From Spirulina sp. (GTDB lineage: Bacteria; Cyanobacteriota; Cyanobacteriia; Phormidesmidales; Phormidesmidaceae), in the NCBI GenBank assembly GCA_044070495.1, contig JBIPSI010000054.1, positions 1 to 18,138 on the forward strand: a DNA stretch of 18,138 nt, in the 5' to 3' direction. Shown here piece after piece: positions 8,227 to 18,022 of the stretch (the stretch's first letter is position 1; each line of letters begins with the position of its first letter). The notes beneath the pieces are model-generated. The model made no database searches, was not told the origin of the DNA, and saw only the letters and a list, made by a program, of their open reading frames with translations. The position numbers were made by a program, and so were the translations under genes.

Positions 8227-10094
8227 CCACCCTGCTCACCCTAGAACAACGCCAGGAGCGGGCCGAGCGTCAGATCCGTCGCTTTGTGGCCCGGTTCGAG
8301 CCTGCCTACTACGATCTGGTTTGCCATGCGGCCCTACCCTTGGTGCTTACCCCAGAACTGGTGAGCTATCTCCGCAATGAGTTTTTGCCGGGGGTGCCCT
8401 GGATTGCCGAAGTCGATCTGCTGCTGTCCGATCTGTGCGCTCCTGTGGGCTACGAACGCTACGTGATGGATGCTGAGGTGCGGGCCTATGCGCTGGCCGA
8501 TCCTGCGGCTCCCCTTTCTGCCGAGCGCAAACGAGGGGTGGCCAACCTACTGGTTAGCTATGTGCGCTACCTGGCCGAGCACCAATCCTATTTAAGCCCT
8601 CGCGACCTAGAAGCCCAGCAGTGGGCCGCCATGCTCTACCTAGGAGAAACGGAACGCCAAACCGTTGTGTCTGAACTGGTGGAGCGGTTCCAAGTGGCGA
8701 CAGCGGGAGGATCGCTGGTGGGGGCCAACCTGCTAGGCAGTGCCGAACTAGCCCGTTTGGCCCAACTGGTGCAAACGCTCAAACTGCCCCTGGCCGACTA
8801 CCCCGAACTGATCGAATACGCTGCCCTCGTCAGCGATGTGCAACGAAGCAACCTGCCCCTAGCCCCCAACCGAGTTGAAAAAACCTATGTGGTGGCCCCT
8901 GGGCAATTTCTGTGTTTGCCTGAAGCCCTAAAAACAGACCTGAGGGCCAGAGGCCGCATTCAGGATTCGGAGCCGTCCTTACCCGTAGGCGACGGGGCAA
9001 ACGCTCAAAATACCCCTCAGACATCACACATCAGTGCTGTTGAGACCTCGGATATTTCCTTATCTACCCTGGCCGAAAACTTCCCAGAACTCAAAACCCT
9101 TGAATTTGAATATCCGCTCATTGACTTTGAGCCAGACCCTAGCCCAGACCAAACCGAAGACAACACCCCTACCCTACAAACCTTCAGCTTTGAAACCGTG
9201 CGGGTTAACAACCGGGGCAAGGTGATCGAAAAGACTCAAGCTACAGCTCGCTACTTCTCTGAATCGTTGTCTAATCAGAATGGCACCTGGCTGAGACAAG
9301 TTACAAAGCGCTTATTAGGCCAAGATAGATTGCTCACCCTCGATATGGTGCTCATTCCCGGTGGCACCTTTATGATGGGTTCTCCTGACGATGAACCCGA
9401 ACGCTTCGACAGAGAAGGCCCCCAGCACGAGGTGACGGTGCCCCCGTTCTTTATGGCCAAAACCCTCATCACCCAGGCCCAGTGGCGGGCGGTAGCCCAC
9501 CAGCTCGACCCGGTAGATCGAGAGCTAGACCCAGACCCGTCCAGCTTCAAAGGCGATGACCGTCCGGTGGAGAACGTCTCTTGGCATGATGCCACAGAGT
9601 TCTGTGCCCGCCTGTCGTGCCTCACCGGGCGCGACTATCGCCTACCCACGGAAGCGGAGTGGGAATATGCCTGCCGAGCTGGCACCACTACTCCCTTTGC
9701 ATTTGGTGAAACCCTCACCGCAGACTTGGCCAACTACGATGCCTCGGTTACCTATGCAGAAGGAGTAAAAGGGGAGTATCGCCGGGAAACCACCCCAGTC
9801 GGCAGCTTCCCGCCCAATGCCTTTGGCTTGTACGACATGCACGGCAACGTCTGGGAATGGTGCCAAGACCACTGGCACGACAACTACCAAGGTGCCCCTA
9901 CCGATGGCAGCGCATGGTTATTCTCTGACGAGAGAAAAGACAAGAATGATCCTCGTCGCGTGTTGCGGGGTGGTTCCTGGCTCTTCAACCCGAGGAATGG
10001 CCGCTCTGCCTGTCGCAACAACCGCCATCCGGACGCTCGCACCTACAACTACGGTTTTCGTGTTGTTTGTTCTGCCGCCAGGGCTCTTCAGTAG
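8223..10094 (+). CDS. DGR target protein 1: N-terminal helical domain, linker and C-terminal FGE-sulfatase (CLec-fold) domain carrying VR1
   Basis: ATGA overlap with the vWA stop. FGE motifs [36 protein letters not shown] and RGGSW...GFRVV. Last 44 codons align with TR. Confidence 0.92.
   Translation: MTTLLTLEQRQERAERQIRRFVARFEPAYYDLVCHAALPLVLTPELVSYLRNEFLPGVPWIAEVDLLLSDLCAPVGYERYVMDAEVRAYALADPAAPLSAERKRGVANLLVSYVRYLAEHQSYLSPRDLEAQQWAAMLYLGETERQTVVSELVERFQVATAGGSLVGANLLGSAELARLAQLVQTLKLPLADYPELIEYAALVSDVQRSNLPLAPNRVEKTYVVAPGQFLCLPEALKTDLRARGRIQDSEPSLPVGDGANAQNTPQTSHISAVETSDISLSTLAENFPELKTLEFEYPLIDFEPDPSPDQTEDNTPTLQTFSFETVRVNNRGKVIEKTQATARYFSESLSNQNGTWLRQVTKRLLGQDRLLTLDMVLIPGGTFMMGSPDDEPERFDREGPQHEVTVPPFFMAKTLITQAQWRAVAHQLDPVDRELDPDPSSFKGDDRPVENVSWHDATEFCARLSCLTGRDYRLPTEAEWEYACRAGTTTPFAFGETLTADLANYDASVTYAEGVKGEYRRETTPVGSFPPNAFGLYDMHGNVWEWCQDHWHDNYQGAPTDGSAWLFSDERKDKNDPRRVLRGGSWLFNPRNGRSACRNNRHPDARTYNYGFRVVCSAARALQ
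9960..10091 (+). repeat. DGR variable repeat VR1 (including 3' IMH)
   Basis: Aligns ungapped to TR 11836-11967. Over the first 120 nt there are 11 mismatches at TR adenines and 1 at a TR T (9999). Two further differences lie in the 3' IMH-type end (AGG vs AGC, CAG vs CTG). Confidence 0.95.
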
Positions 10095-10166
10095 CCCTTT
10101 TCTCTATAGTACTCTTGCACTCTTCTCTTTCTTCTTTTCTCTCTTCCCTCGGCGCGTAGCGCCTCA
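10092..10166 (+). promoter_or_regulatory. Post-VR1 conserved tail: pyrimidine tract plus GGCGC-GTA-GCGCC hairpin (10151-10163); putative DGR target-recognition element
   Basis: Near-identical copy after VR2 and absent after TR. Confidence 0.75.
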
Positions 10167-10344
10167 ATTTTTTTTCATTTTTGAGTTCCGTAGGGTGAAT
10201 TCGCGGCCCTCAACCCCACACCACCAACCCCCAATCCCCAGGCCGCAATGCACCATCCACCACATTTGGTATTTTTTGTGATCTTTTTTGCTTTGGCTTC
10301 CAACTCATGGCATGGTTGGCTTCATTGAAACACCCCATTGCCCC

Positions 10345-10725
10345 ATGGCCGAGTTGCCCATCATTCAAAAAACTTATGATCTGATTAAGTGGTACGTGCC
10401 CATTCTCAATCGGCTCCCCCGCGACCACAAATTTCTGCTGGGCGACAGAATCACCACGGGTCTTTACGACCTCCTCGAAAACCTCATCCAGGCCCGCTAC
10501 GAAACCGATAAACTGCCCCGTCTCACTGCACTCAACAGCAAGCTCGACATTTTGCGCCACCAAACTCGTCTGCTGCTAGATTTTGACTTGGTGGCCGATC
10601 ACCGCTACGAATATGTCAGCAATTTGCTAAACAGTATCGGCACCGATCTCGGAGGCTGGATCAAACAACAGCAGCAGCGTCACCGGGTGATCACCGCTCG
10701 GCAGCGGGCCTTGGCTCAGTCGTAG
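10345..10725 (+). CDS. avd: DGR accessory variability determinant (Avd, four-helix bundle)
   Basis: 126 aa [36 protein letters not shown]...[10 protein letters not shown], typical Avd, immediately upstream of the RT. ATG 10345 preferred over TTG 10288. Confidence 0.92.
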   Translation: MAELPIIQKTYDLIKWYVPILNRLPRDHKFLLGDRITTGLYDLLENLIQARYETDKLPRLTALNSKLDILRHQTRLLLDFDLVADHRYEYVSNLLNSIGTDLGGWIKQQQQRHRVITARQRALAQS

Positions 10726-10755
10726 TCTAAAAACTTTGTCTAAAAAAGTTGTCCC

Positions 10756-11814
10756 ATGAAACGTTACGGCAACCTCTGGCCTGCCATTGTCGAGTTTTCT
10801 AACCTACTCCTGGCCGCCCGCAAGGCCCAAAAGGGCAAGCGCTTTCGCCCCAATGTGCTCGACTTTAACTACCACCTAGAATCCGAATTGTTAACCCTAC
10901 AAACGGAGCTAGATCACCAAACCTACACACCGGGCCAATATCGCACCTTTGAGATCAAAGAACCCAAGCCACGCCTCATCTCCGCCGCCCCCTACCGGGA
11001 TCGGGTGGTTCACCATGCGCTGTGCAACGTGATTGTGCCGATCCTTGAGCCATCCCTCATCCACGACACCTACGCCAACCGAGAAGGCAAGGGCACCCAC
11101 AAAGCCCTCCAACGCTTTACCCGCTATGCCCGATCTAGCCAGTACGTCTTGCAGGGCGATATTCAAAAATACTTTCCCAGCATCGATCACGCCATCCTCA
11201 AGGCCCGCCTGCGCCGCAAAATCAAATGCCCCCGCACCCTTTGGCTGATCGATACCATCATCGATGCCAGCAACGACCAAATTCCAGCCGCCTTCCACTT
11301 TGCCGACGACGACCTACTCACGCCCCTAAGCCGTCGTCGGGGTTTACCCATCGGCAACCTCACTAGCCAGTTCTTTGCCAATGTCTACCTCAGCGGCTTC
11401 GACCATTTTGTGAAAGAAGCCCTTGGGGCCAAAAAGTACCTCCGCTATGTAGACGACTTTGCCCTATTTTCAGACGATTACCGCTTCCTAGCCCAGGCCC
11501 GTCAAGCCATCGAAGCCCACCTCGACACCCTACGGCTTAAAATTCATCCAATCAAAAGCCACATCACCAAAACGCAGCAGGGTTCAAACTTCCTAGGGTT
11601 TCGCGTTTTCCCAGACCGCATCCGCGTACGCACCGAAAACCTATGCCGTGCCCGTCGCCGCTGCCGAGCCCTCCAGGTGGCCTATGCCACGGGTCATACC
11701 GATCTGGCTGGCGTGATTCAACGGCTCCAAAGCTGGGAAGCCCACCTCAAACATGGCGATACCCACCACCTCCGCCGACAGATATTCGACTCGCTTGTAT
11801 TCTCAAGGAGTTGA
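10756..11814 (+). CDS. DGR reverse transcriptase
   Basis: 352 aa with [53 protein letters not shown] and FLGFR. No maturase or endonuclease extension; flanked by avd and TR. Confidence 0.95.
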   Translation: MKRYGNLWPAIVEFSNLLLAARKAQKGKRFRPNVLDFNYHLESELLTLQTELDHQTYTPGQYRTFEIKEPKPRLISAAPYRDRVVHHALCNVIVPILEPSLIHDTYANREGKGTHKALQRFTRYARSSQYVLQGDIQKYFPSIDHAILKARLRRKIKCPRTLWLIDTIIDASNDQIPAAFHFADDDLLTPLSRRRGLPIGNLTSQFFANVYLSGFDHFVKEALGAKKYLRYVDDFALFSDDYRFLAQARQAIEAHLDTLRLKIHPIKSHITKTQQGSNFLGFRVFPDRIRVRTENLCRARRRCRALQVAYATGHTDLAGVIQRLQSWEAHLKHGDTHHLRRQIFDSLVFSRS

Positions 11815-11835
11815 AGAAGGGGTAGGCACCTCCGG

Positions 11836-11967
11836 ATGTTGCGGGGTGGTTCCTGGATCAACAACCCGAGGAATTGCCGCTCTGCCTATCGCAACAACAA
11901 CAATCCGGACGCTCGCAACAACAACAACGGTTTTCGTGTTGTTTGTTCTGCCGCCAGCGCTCTTCTG
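11836..11967 (+). repeat. DGR template repeat TR (including IMH*)
   Basis: Non-coding, AAC-rich copy of both VRs, starting 22 nt after the RT stop. 27 adenines in the first 120 nt, including 11 AAY codons in the VR frame. Confidence 0.95.
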
Positions 11968-12120
11968 CATCAGAACTGGCCAATGGGAATTGACCGGGTG
12001 CATCAGGGAAGAGTCCAGACCTGCTCCTGCAATGCTGGTGACAGCATTCAAAGATAAACCGGGTTGGTCAGCTTGGTAGGTTCGCCGAAGAGTTGCCCAG
12101 CCCTCCCCTGACCCGTAGGG
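11968..12120 (+). ncRNA. Putative DGR RNA spacer 3' of TR
   Basis: Intergenic segment following TR that contains a perfect hairpin AATGCTG-GTGA-CAGCATT (12031-12048). In characterised DGRs the sequence 3' of TR is part of the template RNA. Boundaries uncertain. Confidence 0.45.
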
Positions 12121-12156
12121 CTAAACTTGAGGCAGACCTCCTTAGCTTTGAGTGCT

Positions 12157-12967
<811 letters not shown>

Positions 12968-12988
12968 TGTCAAACATAGCCCTAACCC

Positions 12989-13843
12989 ATGGCCCAACTC
13001 ACCCTTACCTACCACAAGGCCACAGCCCGATATTTCACCGAAGACCTCGGTAACAGTATCGGCCTCGATATGGTGCTGATTCCCGACGGCACCTTTTTGA
13101 TGGGTTCGCCCGAAGACGAGCTAGAACGCACTGACGCTGAAGGCCCACAACACGAGGTCACGGTGCCCACCTTCTTCATGGGCAGATTCCCCATCACCCA
13201 GGCCCAGTGGCGAGCCGTGGCCCAGTTAGAGCAGGTAGATCAAAAGCTAGACCCTGATCCATCCCGATTCAAAGGCGACAACCGCCCAGTGGAGCAAGTT
13301 TCCTGGTACGACGCTACGGAGTTTTGCGCCCGCCTGTCACAACTTACCGGACGAGACTATCGCTTGCCCAGCGAAGCCGAATGGGAATACGCTTGCCGAG
13401 CCGGAACCACCACCCCATTTCACTTTGGCGAAACCATCACAACAGACTTAGCCAATTACCGAGGGGTAGACGATGACAGTTTTAACTGGAAGGGTAACTA
13501 CGGCCAAGGCCCCAAGGGCATTTACCGCAAAGAAACAACCGAGGTAGGGAGCTTTCCTCCCAATGCCTTTGGGCTACAGGATATGCACGGCAACGTGTGG
13601 GAATGGTGCCAAGACCACTGGCACAGCAACTATGAAGGCGACCCGCCGACCGATGGCAGCGCATGGTTATTTTCTGCCGAGAGAAAAAGCAAGGATGATA
13701 TTTCTTGCGTGTTGCGGGGTGGTTCCTGGCTCTTCTTCCCGTGGAATTGCCGCTCTGCCTATCGCCTCAACAACAATCCGGACGCTCGCTACCACAACGG
13801 CGGTTTTCGTGTTGTTTGTTCTGCCGCCAGGGCTCTTCTGTAG
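12989..13843 (+). CDS. DGR target protein 2: stand-alone FGE-sulfatase (CLec-fold) domain carrying VR2
   Basis: Paralogue of the target 1 C-terminal domain ([27 protein letters not shown]); ends in VR2. Confidence 0.93.
   Translation: MAQLTLTYHKATARYFTEDLGNSIGLDMVLIPDGTFLMGSPEDELERTDAEGPQHEVTVPTFFMGRFPITQAQWRAVAQLEQVDQKLDPDPSRFKGDNRPVEQVSWYDATEFCARLSQLTGRDYRLPSEAEWEYACRAGTTTPFHFGETITTDLANYRGVDDDSFNWKGNYGQGPKGIYRKETTEVGSFPPNAFGLQDMHGNVWEWCQDHWHSNYEGDPPTDGSAWLFSAERKSKDDISCVLRGGSWLFFPWNCRSAYRLNNNPDARYHNGGFRVVCSAARALL
13709..13840 (+). repeat. DGR variable repeat VR2 (including 3' IMH)
   Basis: Ungapped alignment to TR: 13 mismatches in the first 120 nt, all at TR adenines, plus AGG vs TR AGC at the 3' end (shared with VR1). 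Confidence 0.95.
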
Positions 13844-13914
13844 CCCTTTATCTATAGTACTCTTGCACTATACCCTTTCTTCTTTTCTCTCTTCCCTCGG
13901 CGCGAAGCGCCTCA
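13841..13914 (+). promoter_or_regulatory. Post-VR2 conserved tail: pyrimidine tract plus GGCGC-GAA-GCGCC hairpin (13899-13911)
   Basis: Near-identical to 10092-10166; stem identical and loop GAA instead of GTA. Confidence 0.75.
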
Positions 13915-14083
13915 AAATTTTTTGGTGCCCAAAGCCTTGGCCTCGCCAGCATAATCCTTGGGGCTAAACTGCAAACATATCCCTATCAGCCTTGAAGGCA
14001 ATGACCTAGACCAACGTTGTCAGCCTTACCCAAGCCCGTCAGTTGGCCTTTCCGCTCGCAGTCCTTGCCTGTGAGTCGTTAGA

Positions 14084-14497
14084 TTAGGTCGGTGTCGGTG
14101 GGGGAGGGATAAGTTTGGTGGCAGAGGCCGCTAATTTGAGGGCGATGGCTTTTTGGTCTTCCTTGGTGGTTGGCCATCCTTCAACGTCAGCATGGTTCGG
14201 GTTGTCTGGAAAGGGTTGGGCCGTCACGCGCAGGGAATCGATTAAGCAATCGCGAGTTAGAACGTCTGATCGACCGTAGAGGGTGCGTTGCTGTTGAGTC
14301 GCGACGTTGACCCCGGCCTGCCAAATTTCCGCCGCCGTCGCATCACGATGACGGGTGACAGAAAGCTCTTGGTAGGGATGGGGAATAAACAGGTTGGGCT
14401 TTACGGAGAAATCGCTCCGAAAATGCCCTTTCTGCATCACGTAACGGGCGAGCAGCTCGGTTTCGTCAACGGGGGGGATATTGTCTGGATCCAGCAT
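14084..14497 (-). CDS. Hypothetical protein, possible ADP-ribosyltransferase-like fold
   Basis: 137 aa with LARY...F...ELSVTR...NPNHADV pattern; third gene of a compact operon. Confidence 0.5.
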   Translation of the reverse strand: MLDPDNIPPVDETELLARYVMQKGHFRSDFSVKPNLFIPHPYQELSVTRHRDATAAEIWQAGVNVATQQQRTLYGRSDVLTRDCLIDSLRVTAQPFPDNPNHADVEGWPTTKEDQKAIALKLAASATKLIPPPPTPT

Positions 14498-14503
14498 GAA
14501 CCC

Positions 14504-14968
14504 TTAATGTTTAGCTAAAGCGACTTCTTGAATCAGGCTGAGCAACCGTCTTGGAATTGTCCCTAGAAAGGGCTCAGAGCCCCGTGGATCGCTATTGCCC
14601 AAAAGAGCCGCGTAGTAGAGCACACCGTCAGGGCTAATGCTCACTGAAATTGTCCAGTGAGGATCGCGATACCACTCAAGGGTTAAGTGACCGTCGGGTT
14701 CTGCCCCTACGGAGGGCAGGGGAAACCCCAGCGGTAGCGCCTGAATCACAGCATAGGTGTAATTTAGCGTTGATTCCTCTACCGGAAAAGCATCATAGCC
14801 GTCCCAGTTGGAGGTTTTACACTCGGCCCAGAGAGTGACGAGATCGTCAATGGCGGGCTGCTTGCTAAGGGCAGCGGTGTGGGCAAAGTACTGCTGATTA
14901 TTGCGGCTAACCTGGTCGATATAGGCAGCGGTAGGGCTAACCCCTCTGGGCAATAGGGTCGTGGTCAT
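14504..14968 (-). CDS. Hypothetical protein (NWDGYDA...DGHLTLEW type)
   Basis: 154-aa ORF overlapping the upstream gene by 4 bp and ending 6 bp before the downstream gene. Confidence 0.7.
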   Translation of the reverse strand: MTTTLLPRGVSPTAAYIDQVSRNNQQYFAHTAALSKQPAIDDLVTLWAECKTSNWDGYDAFPVEESTLNYTYAVIQALPLGFPLPSVGAEPDGHLTLEWYRDPHWTISVSISPDGVLYYAALLGNSDPRGSEPFLGTIPRRLLSLIQEVALAKH

Positions 14969-15753
14969 GGCGTGGCTCCAAAGCGTTCAAGGGCGTGGGG
15001 GGTCATGCAGCTAAAGAAGACTTTATTTTTAAGCCAGCGCATTTCCTGGAGTCGTCGAACTAGGGTATCTTGATCCAATTGAATCAACTCGTGGGTAAAA
15101 ACGTCGATATCCACAATTAAGGCACGGCCATCGGCAGGTTCTGCGCCAGCGGGTTGAATGGTTCTGACCCAGTTGATCACGTAGGGATAGCCGGGGACTG
15201 GGTAGGTATCTTGGTGAAAGAAGGACTCGGTGGCAAGGGCTAAGCCCGATGGTGGGGCGGGGACGGTACTGAGATAACTGGAGGGTGGCTCGCCAGTTTC
15301 TAGGGGAATGCGGTTGATGTAGCGCACCCCTAAGCGTTGAATGATGGTTGGGTCTGCCAGTTCTAAGAAAATACGCCAGAACCGTAGGGCCTCGGATTGA
15401 AAACCGCTCCACTCTTCGTAGGGTTCTAACCGACTAAAGGCAACCCCGTTGAGGGTAAACTGGGCCACATGGCGATTTTGGGCATCCTGAAGACGAAAAC
15501 CACTCCACTGCATCCGCTGCAAGATCTCTGGAGCACTATCCGGTTCCCCAGTAGCCACAACTTGAACATCATGCTGAATCTGAAGGATGGGGTAATCGGG
15601 CAACCGCCGAGTTAGCTCCGCTTTCAGGGCTTCTTCCTCTAGCTTTTTGCCTGCATGGGCCTGCCAATGGATCACCGCCTCAATGCTGGGGGCGGCTTTC
15701 AGAGTAGGAAATCTCTCATTCAGGTCAATGCTGAACTTGGGCAGCGGACTCAT
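14965..15753 (-). CDS. TIGR04255-family protein
   Basis: APSIEAVI, YEEWSGF, RLGVRYINRI and IVDIDVF motifs as recalled for this family. Confidence 0.75.
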   Translation of the reverse strand: MSPLPKFSIDLNERFPTLKAAPSIEAVIHWQAHAGKKLEEEALKAELTRRLPDYPILQIQHDVQVVATGEPDSAPEILQRMQWSGFRLQDAQNRHVAQFTLNGVAFSRLEPYEEWSGFQSEALRFWRIFLELADPTIIQRLGVRYINRIPLETGEPPSSYLSTVPAPPSGLALATESFFHQDTYPVPGYPYVINWVRTIQPAGAEPADGRALIVDIDVFTHELIQLDQDTLVRRLQEMRWLKNKVFFSCMTPHALERFGATP

Positions 15754-15915
15754 AGTAATCGCTAGGGTTCTGAGGGTGATTATATCGATCAGTGTTGATC
15801 CCTGAATAGTGAGTGCGCTGGGGGATTATGGTGGCTGATGCCTCGAAGCCGCACAGTGAGCGACGCCCAACACCCGTCCCATGACCTTAACTCTGCGCCG
15901 CCATCCCCCCAAAGG

Positions 15916-16521
15916 TCATGCCCCTGGCGGCAAAATCTCTGAAAGGGACAACAACACATCTGAAAACGCCAGGGGCGAAATCTGGTTTGGCTCGGTCAGG
16001 ATGAGGTGCTGGGTGTAGCCCGTTGCCGTGGGTGCGCGGAAGAGATGAATTTGGCGATGTTTGAGATCTAGCACCCAATAATCGGCAATACCCGCCTGGG
16101 CATAGAGCTTGGCTTTTACCTCGCAATCCTGCCGCAAGGTCGAATCAGCCACCTCCACCACGAGATACACCTGCTCCGGGCGGGGATGCTTCTCGGCGTA
16201 GTCGAGGATGGTGCCTTGCACAACAGCCACATCCGGCTCCGGCTCCGAGAAATCGTCCAGTTGGATGGGGTCTTGAGTCCGCACTAGGGCACGTTCTCCC
16301 AACCGAACCCGCAACGCATGGGCCAGCAGATGCAGCGCTGTAACGTGGGGCGTGCCTTTAGGAGCCATTAGGGTAATCTGTCCGGCCAAAAGTTCGGTGT
16401 GTTCGTCGGCGTTAAAGAGGCCGAGTTCCCCCATGCGGTGGTAGTCTTGCACCGTCCATCGCTTAAGTTGGCTCGGCTCCAGGGCAAGGGGCCAATGGGA
16501 AAGAGTGCTTGATGCCGTCAT
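15916..16521 (-). CDS. Uma2/DUF820 family putative endonuclease
   Basis: RWTVQDYHRM, SEPEPDVAVV, LVVEVADSTL..D...KAKLYAQAGIADYWVLDL. Confidence 0.9.
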   Translation of the reverse strand: MTASSTLSHWPLALEPSQLKRWTVQDYHRMGELGLFNADEHTELLAGQITLMAPKGTPHVTALHLLAHALRVRLGERALVRTQDPIQLDDFSEPEPDVAVVQGTILDYAEKHPRPEQVYLVVEVADSTLRQDCEVKAKLYAQAGIADYWVLDLKHRQIHLFRAPTATGYTQHLILTEPNQISPLAFSDVLLSLSEILPPGA

Positions 16522-16682
16522 GGCTCTCCATGGTTGGGGCCAACAAACCCCTCAGTTACAGGATAGTGTACCCAAGAGTAGCCCATGGGGGAATCAGCAA
16601 TTTTAGGAACAATTGTCGGTAGTACATTACTCTACGGATCAGAGAAAAAACACTCAAAAACAGCAATCTACGAGCTTCTACA

Positions 16683-17657
16683 TCACTTAAACCAAGATGG
16701 TGGCAAAAGAAAGACCGGGCCTTTAGGATGTACACGAATAGAGTCATCAAAGGTCTCTAACCATTTCTCAAAGCTTGAAATCAAATTGCCTGCTTGAGTT
16801 GAGCCTATAGCCATCATTCCTAAACAGTCTGTCAAATGAACTCTGGCTCGACGACCATCAAAATTCTTATAGACACCATCAAGGGTCGCATAGAAATCGA
16901 TAGTCATCACAGATCTAGGGGATTTTGGAGCTGGCACAGGGGAATTGTTTCCTTGATGCTTCCAGATTCCTGAGTAAGCACAGAACTTTGATGGGGCAAA
17001 CTTTCGAGAGTAGGGATCAAAGACAAAATAAGTGATGGTGCGTTGCCCCCACTTATCTTTTGCGATGGGATTATGGAGAATTTCATGGTTCCATTGTCTT
17101 AAATTTAGGAAGACCTCTAGGAAATCTCCAACAAAGTGAAGTCTTCTGTCCTGAAGATCAAGAATGGATTCAGATACCGCTATGGCACGAAGAATTTCTG
17201 CTTTGATATCAAGAAACTCATGGACGATATCTTGATCGGATAAGTGATTAATTCTCTTGATATGCTCTGGAGATAGTTGGGGTAAGAGAACAGTTTGAAA
17301 GGCATTCATCCCGATCTCTCGCATGAGATTAATCGAACTAGCGGCTAAGTTCCGTCTTCCCCTGGCGACATGGGAGCTAATCATGCTTACAAAGGCATCA
17401 TTGGGATGCTGTGGCTGGAATAGATGAGTTGTCGCAAATTTGGCATGATTTGCGACTGGATCCGCCCTGCTAATCTCAAATTCAATCCATAGTTTTTTGT
17501 GATCGTCTTCTCTTTCTAGAAGTACGTCTGCCCTAGAGGAATATCCTAGGATATCAGACAGTTCTTTCGGTAGGACTTGAACCTCTGAACGACACGACCA
17601 GCCTATCGGAAGTTGTCGGCGAAATTCTTCTTGAAGAAAGGTCGTTAAGCTGCCCAT
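16683..17657 (-). CDS. Hypothetical protein with N-terminal PD-(D/E)xK-like nuclease motif
   Basis: SEVQ...RADVLLE...LWIEFEISR pattern; visibly AT-richer than neighbours. ATG at 17657 (ORF open from 17684). Confidence 0.6.
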   Translation of the reverse strand: MGSLTTFLQEEFRRQLPIGWSCRSEVQVLPKELSDILGYSSRADVLLEREDDHKKLWIEFEISRADPVANHAKFATTHLFQPQHPNDAFVSMISSHVARGRRNLAASSINLMREIGMNAFQTVLLPQLSPEHIKRINHLSDQDIVHEFLDIKAEILRAIAVSESILDLQDRRLHFVGDFLEVFLNLRQWNHEILHNPIAKDKWGQRTITYFVFDPYSRKFAPSKFCAYSGIWKHQGNNSPVPAPKSPRSVMTIDFYATLDGVYKNFDGRRARVHLTDCLGMMAIGSTQAGNLISSFEKWLETFDDSIRVHPKGPVFLLPPSWFK

Positions 17658-17730
17658 CGTAGGGATGTGATGGCTTGAATGCACTGATTATATCGCCTGT
17701 GCAAAAAACGTAAACTTTATGACTTACTCC

Positions 17731-17937
17731 TCAACGCCCATCGAACTCTATGGGGGAATCATCACCCCTCACGATTTTCTGAGCCTTTGTCCTCGGCCCC
17801 TGTCCTCCGTCCTCCATCGCCGCCAAGTAAGCACCCGCTAACTTTCCCCAGTCCAGCCCAGCCTCCACATCACAGCCAGCGTCCTCCTCAATCTGGGCCA
17901 TTTCCCGCCACTCCTCCGGGCTAATCTCAAACGGCAT
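17731..17937 (-). CDS. Small acidic hypothetical protein
   Basis: MPFEISPEEWREMAQIEEDAGCDVEAG..., preceded by a strong AGGAGG Shine-Dalgarno on the minus strand (~17944-17949). Real start is probably 17937 or 17940, not 18045. Confidence 0.55.
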   Translation of the reverse strand: MPFEISPEEWREMAQIEEDAGCDVEAGLDWGKLAGAYLAAMEDGGQGPRTKAQKIVRGDDSPIEFDGR

Positions 17938-18022
17938 CACCTTCCTCCTTTCTCTCTGCCATCCCAACCCGGCTTCCCTCAGACAACTGCGATAATAAAC
18001 GCAAACCCTCTCTGGCATTGCC

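Noticed and set aside
10188..10210. GTAGGG...CCCT REP-like motif, also CCGTAGGG near 12113
   Set aside because: Imperfect palindrome with only 8 bp shared; insufficient support.
9817..10281. ORFs 9817-10281, 11753-12079 and 13563-13967 that resemble one another
   Set aside because: Alternative-frame shadows of the VR/TR repeats, not independent genes.
10725..10752. Short GTCTAAAAA duplication and weak AACTTT/AAAGTT hairpin between avd and RT
   Set aside because: Too short and AT-rich to distinguish from chance.
10756..11814. RT as group II intron or retron RT
   Set aside because: Short, with no maturase/endonuclease domain, and flanked by avd and a TR/VR set, which defines a DGR RT.
11893..11928. 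AAC tandem runs as microsatellite or CRISPR
   Set aside because: These are the AAC codons of the DGR TR; there is no repeat-spacer periodicity and no cas gene.
11836..12057. 73-aa [28 protein letters not shown]...
   Set aside because: It is the TR read in the VR frame. It is open because TR mirrors coding VRs and is most likely non-coding template.
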